A DNA stretch of 64,000 nucleotides from Octopus sinensis (Eukaryota). Made by a program: the position numbers and the translations under genes. Under the pieces are notes generated by a model that was not told where the DNA came from, searched no databases, and worked only from the letters and a program-made list of their open reading frames with translations. The stretch's first letter is position 1. Every line of letters starts with the position of its first letter. Where the stretch lies: assembly GCF_006345805.1 (NCBI RefSeq), contig NC_043003.1, positions 57,412,001 to 57,476,000 on the forward strand, given 5' to 3'. Shown piece by piece: positions 12,440-25,370 of the stretch.

Positions 12440-12744
12440 ACATACTCATAAGCGTGCGTACACGCACGCATTCATGCACGTGCATATACATACACAGATA
12501 CATACACTCACACAGGTAAATCTATGCTACAAAAACATACAATGGATTTGATGATGTATTGTGTACATACGTGCACGAAAGTGATACAGTTTAAAGTATA
12601 CGTACATCTATGTAGGCATGTATTTATATATATATATACACACATGTTAAAGATATGTCGATATACGTAAATATTCACAGATGTATATATATACATATAT
12701 ATATACATATATACATATATATATATGTATATATACATATATAT

Positions 12745-12817
<73 letters not shown>

Positions 12818-13097
12818 TATATGTATGTACGTATGTATATATCATACATATTCACACAGTAACACACTTTCGACATATTTATAGACGTTATATTAAAAAT
12901 AACAAAGAAAAAAAAATAAAGCAATGCACACACACAAACAAACAAAATTATTACGGATCCCAAAAGTTAAAAAGGAAAAAAAAAACACAGAAAGAAAGAA
13001 TCCTGAAAAATATCAATAAATTGACCGTGTGTCTAAACTCTATAACAGTTAGTTTCACATGTATGATAACTTAAGTATGCATATACATATATACAAC

Positions 13098-13187
<90 letters not shown>

Positions 13188-13709
13188 ATATATATATATA
13201 TATAATAAATATTATATATATGCATATGTGTATGTATATTTATACATGTATATATCTGTAACTTATATTAAATATATTATATATTCATACATATCTATGT
13301 ATAAGCATGCATGTATGTGAGGATATTTTTTAAGCTTTGATTAAATATTAGAGATATCGAATTTAAATTTTGATTCAATTTAGTAGCCATAAAATGTCAG
13401 TATCCAGTTTATATCTATTCTTTGAATCTATCTCGCCTGCCACACGAGATTCTCCGATATTCCTTAGGTCATAACCCAGAGCTGTATGAAGCTTTATAAA
13501 TATCGTTTATTATTTTATATCTATTGATCATTAAGCATATCTTTCACGTCTGAAATTTTCAATTTCATTATGATTTTGAAAATACTATACATGATACTAA
13601 TATTAGTAGAATATTGTATAGAAAAACAGCTAATATCTTCGGTTTGAAAATTTTGAATTAATTAAAGTATACACTTTATATACACGAATCCAAAATAAGG
13701 AAATGTGTA

Positions 13710-14204
13710 CCGTAAATCCTCGTGTATAATCCGCATTTTCTCCCAAAATTTAAAGGTCAAAATCCCTAGTGCGTACTATATACGAGGTTAAAAATGAAAA
13801 TTATTTTCTAAGCAATGTCCGAGTCTCTATTTGCTGTCCGCATTTTGTGATGTAGGACGTGGAAATACCCTAAGCTAAGCCTGAAAGCAATGAAGTCATA
13901 AAAGAATCATCAATGACTTGCAGTAAGCAACTTTTATTAAACGTTATTACTGTTATTTCTTTATTTTCTGCAAACAAAATGCACAAAAAAAGTTACATGT
14001 TTGCATAATGTTATATATACAATAATAATAAAGGACGTTACCGTATATAGTTTTTTACAAACCAAGAATGTTATATAGACCTCCTTGACTCAAGTTAGAG
14101 AAGGGGCACGTATTATACACAAGGTTTAGGTTTTTCAGAGTACAGCTCCCTAAAAATCCCCTGCGTATTATATTCAAGGGCGAACTATACTCGAGGATTT
14201 ACAG
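13710..14204. mobile_element. Tc2/Kanga-like MITE
   Basis: TIRs ccgtaaatcctcgtgtataatccgc / gcgaactatactcgaggatttacag; TA on both sides. Confidence 0.85.
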
Positions 14205-14276
14205 TATAAGATTGTGCATTTTTGAACAATCTTATACTGTAAATCCTCGAGTATAGTTCGCCCTTGAATATAATAC
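14165..14276. repeat. Perfect inverted repeat, 51-bp arms and 10-nt spacer
   Basis: 14165-14215 is the reverse complement of 14226-14276. Confidence 0.9.
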
Positions 14277-14691
14277 ATGCGACTGCCACGAACCGATCGA
14301 AAGTGAATATAGTAAACGGAAAATTTGCAGAATTCCGTTGAATATGCCGAGATCATTGCAACGTTATTTAAAAGAAAAATTAATAATTACTTGTGAAAAG
14401 GCTAAAATTCATACTGCGGGCGCAACAATTTGTTAATTAGAAGGGATTGTGTTGCTAATTATTTTTTTATCAATTACGAGGGAAAATGTATTTCGTTATT
14501 AAATATATTAATTGAGAATCAAGAAGTATTTACTTCTTCGCCATTTTGAAATGCCACAAGACTTCCTTATCGACATACATATTATATGAATAATAAATAA
14601 CATTTGTATTTCGACACTCTAAACAGAACGATACATAGATAAATGTGTGTGTGTGTGTGTGCATGTATTTGGGGTGTATACGTATGTATAT

Positions 14692-14731
<40 letters not shown>

Positions 14732-14752
14732 TATATATAATATATATATATA

Positions 14753-15266
14753 CCGTAAATTCACGAGTATAATCCGCATTTTTTTCCAAAACTTTAAAGG
14801 TCAAATTCCCGAGTGCGTACTATATACGAGTTAAAAATGAAAAATATTTTCTAAGCATGTCCGAGACTCTATTTGGTATCCGGCAATGTTTATTCAGGCG
14901 CATTTGTTGTGTCGGGCGCGAAAATACCTTAGCTAAGCCTGAAACAATGAAGTCATAAAAGATCATCCATAACTTGCAGTAAACAACTTTATTAAAATAA
15001 AAGTACTCAGAACACAGAATAACATGTAACAAAAACATTTGCAAACATATTTACATTCCCATATAACAGTTAAGAACAACACCATTATTATATTACGCAT
15101 GTGCGGAAGTGTTTGTTCGACTAGGCGCTTCTGGCACAACTGCGCACGACTCAAGTTAGAGAAGGGGTGCGTATTATAGACAAGGTTTAGGTTTTTCAGA
15201 GGTACAGCCCCTTAATAACCCCCTGCGTATTATACTCAAGAGCGGACTATTCTCGAGGATTGACGG
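14753..15266. mobile_element. Tc2/Kanga-like MITE in (TA)n, same family as 13710-14204
   Basis: TIRs ccgtaaattcacgagtataatccgc / gcggactattctcgaggattgacgg; shared internal sequence. Confidence 0.85.
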
Positions 15267-15298
<32 letters not shown>

Positions 15299-15559
15299 AT
15301 ATATGATTGTGCGTATATAGACGTGTGTATGGACCTTTTTGGTGCGCGTGTGTGTGGGGAATTGTATATATATATATATATATTTGGCGAATGGTGTGGG
15401 GAGAATGTGTATGTTTCAAGTGAGGGTGGATGAGTGTAAACTTATAGGCGCATGTACATGGGTGTGCGGACGCGCGGGTGTAGGTATGGACACGCACGCT
15501 TACGCGAAAACTATGAACATTTTTGCCCCCTTACCTTTACTCCTTCCCCTCACTTAGCG

Positions 15560-15821
15560 GTCATTCAAATAGCTCTTTTGTCTTAGCAACGGTCAATCAC
15601 ACAGTAATTTCCATTTGGTTAACGGTCATTTTCATATCATTTTTTCCGAAGGCCGGATAACTCAAGAGATAGCGGCGTGGATTTCCAGCCCGACATCCGA
15701 AACTCGAAGTTTTATCATGGTTACCGAATAATTGTCACATATTATATTTACAGATAAATTCCTCTATTTACATAATATCGAGGTCCCTTTCATTCTTTTG
15801 TTGTCTTACCATTTCTATCAA
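15560..15821 (+). mobile_element. Penelope-like 3' end related to 35180-35345, HHR highly degenerate
   Basis: Tail cctctatttacataatatcgaggtc...cttttgttgtc matches the reverse complement of 35185-35232; ccgaaactcgaagt resembles an HHR 3' half; ends in (TA)n. Confidence 0.45.
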
Positions 15822-15834
15822 TATATATATATCC

Positions 15835-16230
15835 TTTCTATTATAGGCAGAAGGGCTGAAATTTTTTTGGGAGGGTGGGGTGCAGTCGATTAGATGACCC
15901 CCAGTACATAACTGGTACTTACTTTATCGACCCCGAAAGGATGAAAGACAAGTCGATCCCGGCGCAATTTGAACTCAGAACGTAGCGGTAGATGAAATAC
16001 CTATTTCTTTATTACCCACAAGGGGCCAAACACAGAGGGGACAAACAAGGACAGACATAGGTATTAAGTCGATTACATCGACCCCAGTGCGTAACTGGTA
16101 CTTAATTTATCGACCCCGAAAGGATGAAAGGCAAAGTCGACCTCGGCGGAATTTGAACTCACAACGTAACGCAGACGAAATACCGCTAAGCATTTCGCCC
16201 GGCGTGCTAACAAGTTTGCTAGCTCGCCTT
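15835..16230 (-). mobile_element. SINE family B, two stacked copies
   Basis: atcgaccccgaaaggatgaaaggcaaagtcgacctcggcggaatttgaactc. Confidence 0.8.
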
Positions 16231-16309
16231 TTACGTGTGTGTGTGTATGTGTGTGTGTGTGTGTGTGGTGTGTGTGTGTGTGTGTGTGTGATGTGTGTGT
16301 GTATTCTTT

Positions 16310-16700
16310 TAACTGTTGCAGTCATTTAACTGCGGCCATGCTAGAGCACCACCTTGAGGTGTTTTAGTCGAACAAATCGGCTCCAGGTATTATTTATTTA
16401 AAACCTAGTACTTATTCTATCAGTCTCTTTTTGCTGAACGGCTAAGTTACGGGAACCTAAACACTCCAACACCTCTTGTCAAGCGGTGATAAGGGTGACA
16501 AACACGAACTCAAAGACACACACACATATAGATTTATAATTTATATACAACGGGGTTTTTTTTCAGTTTCTGTCTACCAAATCCACCCACAAGGCTTTGG
16601 TCGGCGCGAGGTTATTGTAGAAGACACCCAAAGTGCCACGCAGTTGCACTTGACCCAGAACCATGTGGCTGGGAAGCAAGCTTCTTACCACACAGCCATG
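16310..16700 (-). mobile_element. Composite SINE family A (tail, microsatellite, head)
   Basis: Reverse complement of the organisation at 26080-26535. Confidence 0.8.
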
Positions 16701-17703
16701 ACTGTAAGTATGTGTATATATGTGTGCGTGTGTGTGTGTGTGTACATGTACGTATATGTTATTATTTAACAAAATCATTATTGACATTGTCCTGTGCTGG
16801 CTAAGATGGCTAGAACTTCGAAGTCACTGCCAAGACTAATAAAGACTGTTAAAGAATAATAAACTTGCACTCTACTAAAAGTATTGAGTAATCCTTCAGG
16901 TGAATGCAAAATTGTTTTATTTCGACATATAAACAAACTTTAACATACACACACATATTTATATATATATAATATATATATATATACACACACATGTATA
17001 TATATATATATATATATAGAATATATATATATATATATGTATGTATATATATATACATGTGTGTATCTATATTATATCTTATATATTTACACCCATACAT
17101 ATATGCATACAAATACATACGTGACGTTGGTGTGGTGTATGTTTGTGTGTGTCTGTCTGTGTTTGTAATGCTCTTCACGATGCTAAGAAGCTAAAGCATT
17201 CTGGATTTAACTTGAATGACGCTACTTTCTTACTTGTGCATTTAATCCAAGATGGCAATAACTTTCAATCGATGTAATGCTGCAAGTAATGAAATATATA
17301 TTAATCTTTCTTTTTTTTTTTCATTTTCATTTTCGTAGACAGAGAATTCGTAAAACTACATTACAGAATATTATTAGCGGTATTGGCATGTATATTATAT
17401 AGTAAAAGCTCAATAAAAATTTATCCTTATTTTGTCTGTTTCAGCGAACTTATTAATAATTCAACATGTGTTTACTTTAACTTAGCAACTATAAAACATT
17501 CATCGAGATGTAATTTTACATAATATGTAATGACGTGTGTAATAATAGCTCTATAGTAATTTAAACAGATTTCTTCTATTCAAGCTTTTCTTACTGATAG
17601 ATTGTATTAAAATAATTATGAGTACATTAGCTTAGTCAGTAGCACAACTTTTTGATGATTTACCTGTAAGCCAGAATATATACGTCAATGTTTCATATAT
17701 GTT

Positions 17704-17779
<76 letters not shown>

Positions 17780-17844
17780 GTATGTATCTAATGTATGTAT
17801 GTATGTATGTATATGCATACACAACACACACAATATATATATAT

Positions 17845-18072
17845 TCTGTCATTTGACTGAGGCCAATCTGTGGCACCGCATTTTAGTCGAGCAAATCGAC
17901 TCCAGGACTTATTCTTTGCAAGCCTAGTAGTTATACTGTCGGCCTTTTCTGTCGAACCGCTAAGTTACGGGGTTGTAAACACACCAGCATCGGTTGTGAA
18001 GCGATGTTGGTTGGGGGGGGACAAACACAGACAAACATATACACACATACATATATACATACATATATACAG

Positions 18073-18104
<32 letters not shown>

Positions 18105-18390
18105 CCTGCTCGCTTAGCCATCGGGGTGGCGTAATTCGAAGGCTAAAACAATGCGAACGCATTGTGACAGCGATGTGTAACAACATCTGATGGTCTGGTT
18201 AGTAACGTGATCACGTGATTATATATATATATATTATATATATATATATATAGGACAGGCTTCTTTCAGTTTCCGTCTATCAAATCCACTCATTAAGCTT
18301 TGGTCAGCCTGTGGCTACAGCAGAAGACGCTTGCCCAAGGTGCCACGCAGTGGGACTGAACCCGGAACCATGTGATTGGTAAGCAAGCTA
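17845..18390 (-). mobile_element. Composite SINE family A with nested 115-bp element
   Basis: Tail 17845-18025 and head 18255-18390; the internal (TA)n carries the insert at 18101-18219. Confidence 0.8.
18101..18219 (+). mobile_element. ~115-bp structured interspersed repeat inside (TA)n
   Basis: Closely similar to 50276-50393; both are flanked by (TA)n; orientation is assumed. Confidence 0.75.
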
Positions 18391-18569
18391 CTTTATTTCA
18401 TAAAAATTTGCCATAAAGGCATTACAAAGAGTAGCTGCGGGATGGACATATACATTGTTGAGGTGAATGATGAAATAGGGATGATAATGACGAGAGAAGG
18501 CAAAAACGCCCGCCGATTTTCTTCTTCTCTAAAACATTGTTCTTTTTTCTAAAAAAGAATAAACAAAGC

Positions 18570-18918
18570 GAGGTATTGAACCTCTCACAACAGTTTTTAC
18601 AGTTTTTGTACTTAATAGTCCATTACAGATATTAACATGCAAAAAATTTTCAATATACAATCAACACTAGTCCATTTACAAATGAGGCGCTGGGCCTCTT
18701 ACACTTTATAACAGTGAGGCTTTTCAACCTCTTGTCAACTTTTCACCTCAACGAGTTATCGAACATCTTACTACAGTTCTTACAATTATTGGACTTAATA
18801 GTCAATAACATGCAATAATATACAATGAAATATTCAATATACAATCAACACTAGTCCATTTACAAATGAAGCGCTGAGCCTTTTACAAATTATAAAACTG
18901 AGGCTTATCAACCTCTTG
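18570..18918. repeat. Diverged tandem duplication, ~185-bp unit
   Basis: ttcaatatacaatcaacactagtccatttacaaatga and tcaacctcttg each occur twice. Confidence 0.8.
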
Positions 18919-19764
18919 GGGAATTCGGATTAAAAAAATCTTAGATTTTCTAAAAAAAAATCAAGAGACAATGAGAAGAAGAAAATGAGTGTTGAATCAT
19001 CAATAGAAATTGAGACCATGTCCGGTTAAATTTAAATCTCTTGAAATATTCTCTCTGTGCACCTGCCAGTCGTAAATAAACTTATATGAAGGACAAGATA
19101 TGACAAAATAACGACTGTAAGACATCTAGACATTTAAACGTTTTATTGGGGTTTATTTTTTACATAGATCTTGTTGTTTTTTACCCCCTGAATTGTAGAT
19201 TTGACAATATTTTGTGAGCGGTCTGGTATATTTTGCTTATTTTAATAAGATCTGAAGAAATATATTTGAAATTATCGATATAATCATGCTAATATTTTGA
19301 AGATTTTTTTTCTTTTTTAAATGCATTGAAATGGTTCGCATGCTGTATGCCGAATGTTAAATAAATAAATGAATATAGGCCGTATGATTAATGAATTATT
19401 GAAAATATGCTCAATATTTGAACATTGGTTTTCATGATTGTCCGTTTGAAAATGTTATGCACATAATTGCACGCCTACACTTACGTACTCACAAATACAT
19501 ACAAGTAGGCAAAATGTATACATACATAATACATACATATATACATACATACGTACGTACGTATGCATCTATGTACGTATGAATGTAAGGATGTATGAAT
19601 GTAGCATGTATGTATATATGTATGTCAATTTCAATGCATTGTATACACTTTCACTCACAAACACACACAAATACATACATACGTATATATAAATGTATGT
19701 ATGTATGTATGTATGTATGTATGTATGTATGTATGTATGTATGAATATAACCAAAAAATAAGCA

Positions 19765-19837
<73 letters not shown>

Positions 19838-19841
<4 letters not shown>

Positions 19842-20200
19842 AGTAGGTGAATGAATTATCCTATGTTTATCGTCAGCATGGAAAATTCGTTTAACCGAAA
19901 CCTGGATAGCAAATTCACGTCGGAAAACACGGTTGAAGCGACCTGTCAAGGGTAGAAACTCCGGTTTCTTGTGTAGAAATTTGTGTGTTGTATATGAATG
20001 AATGAAAAATGGAGTCGAACGAAGATGTTAACAAAATTCCTTTACTCTCGACATATCTTTCGAAGACAGCATATTTTTATTCCGAAGGAATAAAAGGTGC
20101 ATTATGCAATCTTCTCATCAGGAAAGATAAGGAGGCTCTCTCAACCACAAGACGAACAAAAATTTCGATTATTGCCTACATGGTGATCACAGCGATAATG
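19838..20200 (-). mobile_element. Short hammerhead-containing element ending in (TA)n
   Basis: Contains the HHR at 20045-20126; its 3' end abuts (TA)n at ~19837. Confidence 0.6.
20045..20126 (-). ncRNA. Type I hammerhead ribozyme with long helix II, one helix III mismatch
   Basis: Minus strand: CUUUC-CUGAUGA-GAAGA..GCAUA..UUUUAUUCC uuc GGAAUAAAA..UAUGC..UCUUC-GAAA-gAUAUG-UC-GAGAG. Confidence 0.75.
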
Positions 20201-20230
20201 AGTATATGCATATACATATATCTATATCTG

Positions 20231-20305
<75 letters not shown>

Positions 20306-20369
20306 TTGTGTGCGAGACATATATATATGCGTGTGTGTGTGTGTGTGTATGTGTCTTTGTGCGTGTGTT

Positions 20370-20585
20370 TGTCCCACCATCACCGCTTCGCTACAGCTGC
20401 TGAAGTGTGTATGTCTACGTAACATAGCGGTTGGACAAGGGAACGGATTGAATAAGTGCCATACTTTCTAAAAAGTCTTTATAAGAACTGGAGTCCATTA
20501 CATTCAACTACAAATCCATTAAGCCATTGCCCGAGCCGAGCTGCAGTCTTTATGAGTGAAACAAGTAAAAGATAAAAGGTAAAAG
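20370..20585 (+). mobile_element. SINE family A tail
   Basis: caccgcttcg...cgtaacatagcggtt...tgaaacaagtaaaagataaaag. Confidence 0.6.
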
Positions 20586-20677
20586 ACAGACAGACAGACA
20601 GACTGACAGACAGACAACAGATAGAAAGTTGATAGAGAGAGAGTGGGAGAGATACACACATAGATAAACAGATAGAG

Positions 20678-20739
<62 letters not shown>

Positions 20740-20743
20740 GATT

Positions 20744-20804
<61 letters not shown>

Positions 20805-20808
20805 GATT

Positions 20809-20924
<116 letters not shown>

Positions 20925-21349
20925 CAAGTTAGGAGGATGAGAGACTGAGGCAAAGAGAGATGACGAGAAAGAGAGTAAAGTATTGAGGACACATAACTAA
21001 CCGTATCTACTTAATTTACTCACTAGATAGATTTCGCTGTGAACTACCTGCCGCACTGCAATTTCAGAAAACATATTGATCTCACGAAAAAAACTGAAGT
21101 TTTGTTACTGAAAGTCTCACATAAAATTTTTGGACGGCATCAGCTAGACACATGCATGTTATCGAAGTATTCTCGATAAGAATCTTTTTTTTTGAATGAT
21201 CGAAGAATAACTTCGATAGTAAATGGTGGAGGAAAAATGTCAGAAAACGAAAGATGGATGACAACAATAATGATGAAATTTGTATCCCCGCGTAGATTGG
21301 TGCAAGGTCTTATATATGGAAGAATTTTTCAGTTGATAGTATAGAAGCT

Positions 21350-22810
21350 GCTGCTTGTTTGGTGCTTCGTTTTATTGATCTTCAAAGTTGGAAAGCAAAG
21401 CTGACCATAGTTTGATGTGAACACGGAACGTAAAACATACGAAGAAACGCTGTTAAGAATTATTTCAGCGAACTGACGATTCTATCTTGAAGGAAGTCAA
21501 TTAACTATTTTTAATGAGACACGAAGCCTGCAATTTACTCATTTATTCTGTCGATCCCTGGTGAATGACACTGACCTCGGCGGAATTTGAACTCAAAACC
21601 TAAAGAGCTACAAGAAATATCATAAAGCATTTTTTTTTTCGACTTTCTGACGATTCTTTCATTTCGTCGTCCCAACAACAATGGTGCAAATAATTTCTAA
21701 TTTAGACACAAGGTCTGAAATTTTAGGGGAAAGGTTAATCGATGCCATCGACGCCAAAACTTGTCTGGTAATTTTATAGATGCCTAGAGAATGGAAGGCA
21801 AAGGTGACCTCACACTACATTCCCAATAATTCATAATAATTATGCTTTCTGCCTAAGACTTGAAATTTTACAAGAGGGGAAAAGTCGATTATATTAATGC
21901 TAGTGCTCAGCTGTTACCTCTTTGAGTGACTTCGAAAGGGAGAAAGACAAGGTCGATATCAATGGAATTTGAACTCAGAATTATATTAGGGGGAAATGCC
22001 GCTAATTATTTGATCTAGTTTGCTAATCATTCTGCCAGCTTGTTGCCTTATATAATGATAATCCTTTATTTTATAGGCACAAGGCCAAAAATATTTCTTT
22101 CAACTATAGGCACACGGCCTGAAATTCGTGGGGAGGAGGGCAATCGATTACATTCGTAACTGGTACTTATTTCATCGACCGCGGAAGGATGAAAAGCGAA
22201 ATCGACCTAGAGGGAAGTTGAACTCAAAACGTAAGGACGGACGAAATGCTGCTAAGTATTTTGCCTGTCATGCTAACGATTCTGCCAGCTCGCCGCCTTA
22301 CAAGGCCTTAAATATTGGGAGGCGGGGGGAGTGGCTAATCGATTACATCGACCCCAGTGCGTAACTGCTGTTCATTTCATTGACTGCGGAAGGAAGAAAA
22401 CCGAAATCGACCTCGACGGAATTTAAACTGTCTAGCATGCTAGCCATTCTTTTCTACCATATGCACAAGGCCTGAATTTTGAAGTGGGGGTAACTCGATT
22501 TTATCGACTCCAGTGTTAAATTGGTACTTTATTTTATCGACCCCGAAGGATGAAAGGCTAAATGTAAACATACATACATACATACATACATACATACATA
22601 CATACATACATACATACATGCATGCATGCATACATACGTACGAATGTATGTATGTACATATGAATTTAAGAATGTATGAATGTAGCATGTATGTATATCA
22701 ATTTCAAAGTCGGCCTAGGCAGAATTTGAACTCAGAGCGTGAGGGCGGACAAAATACTACTACTCAGTTTGCCCAGCGTGCTAACGATTCTGCCAGCCCA
22801 CCGCCTTATA
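21350..22810 (-). mobile_element. Cluster of about 8-9 same-orientation degenerate SINE family B copies
   Basis: Repeated aggcctgaaatt...tcgattacatcgaccccagt...gaatttgaactcagaa...gctaacgattctgccagc modules. Confidence 0.75.
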
Positions 22811-23224
22811 TAACGATAATGATTTTCAACGTCGGTCAGTCTGTAGTCAAGCACTCTCTCTTTCTCTCTCTCTCTCTCTTTCTCACTCTTTATAAAACCC
22901 GTACTACTTCACTCTCTGCTTCCTTGAACTAACAAATTCCATTACACATTCTGTCCAAACCACGCAGTATTACTGTCTCTCTCTCTCTTCCTCTCATCAA
23001 CAGTGTAATGTGCCTCCCTGTCCTACCGAGCCGACAGTAACAATTCACCCCAATCTTTCGTATTCCAACCGTCAAAAACTCTGGAATTAATTTTCTTTTA
23101 CAATGGTATTTCCTGTAAACTTCGACTTACAGATGCTAAAATTAAGATTATGCTTATCAGCTCAATCAGACTCAGAAAACGTTAAAAGGTCATAGATAGT
23201 GCCCTTTCCTCTGACGATGCTATG

Positions 23225-23316
23225 AGTAAAGAAAAAGGAAAGAAAAAAACAGAAGAAGAAGAAGAAGAAGAAGAAGAAGAAGAAGAAGAAGAAGAAAAGA
23301 AGAAAAAGAAGAAAAA

Positions 23317-23347
<31 letters not shown>

Positions 23348-23618
23348 AGGAAGGAGAAGAAGAAGAAAACAGAAGAAGAAGAAGAAGAAGAACAAGAACA
23401 AGAACAAGAACAAGAAGAAGAAGAAGAAGAAGAAGAAGAAGAAGAAGAAGAAGAAGGAGAAGAGGAAGAAGAAGAAGGAGAAGAAGGAGAAGAAGAAGAA
23501 GAAGAAGAAGAAGGAGGAGGAGAAGAAGAAGAAGAAGGAGAAGAAGAAGAACAACAAGAACAAGAACAAGAACAAGAACAAGAAGAAGAAGAAGAAGAAG
23601 AAGAAGAAGAAGAAGAAA
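23225..23618. repeat. (GAA)n/(GAACAA)n purine-rich microsatellite, ~390 bp
   Basis: Read directly from the sequence. Confidence 0.95.
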
Positions 23619-23824
23619 GCTCAAGCGTTGAAAGCATAGAAGCATCTCCCCCAGGTAAATGGAACTCTCCAAAACTTTTAGTTACTGATCTAGCTCCATA
23701 CAGGATTGCTAATAAGACTAACGCAATTACAGTTAAATAAGATCTCACACATATATACATACACTTTCTCATACACACACTCACGCACACATACATGTAT
23801 ACAAAACATATGTAGAAATTCAAG

Positions 23825-23863
<39 letters not shown>

Positions 23864-24025
23864 CATTAAAGCCCAGGTTTGACATGTAAGTAAAATTTCA
23901 GTATTGGTCGTTTCCATCAAATCGTGACACTCTGACAAAGACGACTATCTGTGAAACTTCGAAGTCACTTTCATACACACACAGATAGATAGATAGATAG
24001 ATAGATAGAGAGATAGAAGAGAGAG

Positions 24026-24056
<31 letters not shown>

Positions 24057-24057
24057 C

Positions 24058-24136
<79 letters not shown>

Positions 24137-24384
24137 CACATACATACATACATACATACATACATACATACATACATACTACATACATACATACATACAT
24201 ACAATATGGTGGCTGCCCCATCGTTATCGAGTATGGCCATTGCACGAAGCTTAATCAAGGTTGTTATCATACAATTCCTGTGCAACAAGATTTTTTTTAA
24301 CTGAGGAAAGGCTGTGCACTAAGTCAATCCCACTCACTAAGCAACAGCAGCCATAATCCGAAAAGAATAACAAGTCAACATCAT

Positions 24385-24740
24385 CGGTAACCACTGGGCC
24401 GCAGGTTTTATGTCGGAGTTATCCCAGTTACCTGAGTTACCTTCTCCTAGAAGGATGCCCTAACAAAGGCTAGGAGTCCTTCACTCCCAATGGTTTAACC
24501 GCACGATCGGGTATTCAGTCCGATTATTTCTATGTCCCCGCGCATGATACAGCCTTAAGACATTTATTGGATGGCCGCTGACTCTCAAGAGTTCCTCCGT
24601 CCTTTGACGGGTTTTATTTTTAAACCCGCAGGGTGTCCAATAAACACACTCCTCACCAAGCAAGCTTGGTGGGGTTGCCGGTTTAGTCGCCGACGACCCG
24701 ACCATGCATCAGGTTGTACTGGATAACATGTTACCAGTAG
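24385..24740. mobile_element. Unclassified interspersed repeat, diverged copy at ~46170-46405
   Basis: Shared ccgtcctttgacggg...caccaagcaagcttggtg...accagtagcact. Confidence 0.55.
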
Positions 24741-24824
24741 CACTCGAAAGTGACCTGACATAACATACATACATACATATATACATAACATACATACAAC
24801 TACATACATACATACATACATACA

Positions 24825-24855
<31 letters not shown>

Positions 24856-25370
24856 TCATGTGTACATAAGTGGTAATACGTGCTGTACGTATGTGTTTCT
24901 ATGCATAATTATATTTCTGTGAGTTTGTGCTCGTGTGTGCGTACGAGTAGAAGTGTATATAATCTACGCCTGATAGGTAGGGAAAGATGGTGGCCATTTA
25001 AAGTTTGCTCCAAAAGCTTGTTTCACATTTTGGCGCACGCTCAGTAATTTTGAAGAAAGGGACAGTCTATTACATCGGCCCCTTATTTTATCGAATCCTA
25101 AAAGATGAAAGGCAAAGTCCACCGAATATTGGCCACTATTGAGTGAAGTATCTCACACAACGTAGAAATTCTATATCTCTCTCACATCTTCCTTCGTCTC
25201 TCACACATACAAACTCACCCGATCACATTCGATTTGGATCTCCACATCACTCAATGTTTCTCGACGTCCTAGATCTTTCTCTCATTTTCTATACCTTTCT
25301 CTTTCCTCCACCGTTTTCTATATCTTTCACTTTCTACTATTTTCTGTATATATATATATATATATATATA

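Noticed and set aside
23162-23823. Poly-E/K, poly-S, poly-L and poly-F ORFs
   Set aside because: A (GAA)n repeat open in several frames on both strands, with no domain or exon context.
24600-24740. Possible HDV-like or twister ribozyme in a GC-rich repeat
   Set aside because: I could not build the required pseudoknots by eye; only a simple caccaagc/gcttggtg hairpin is evident.
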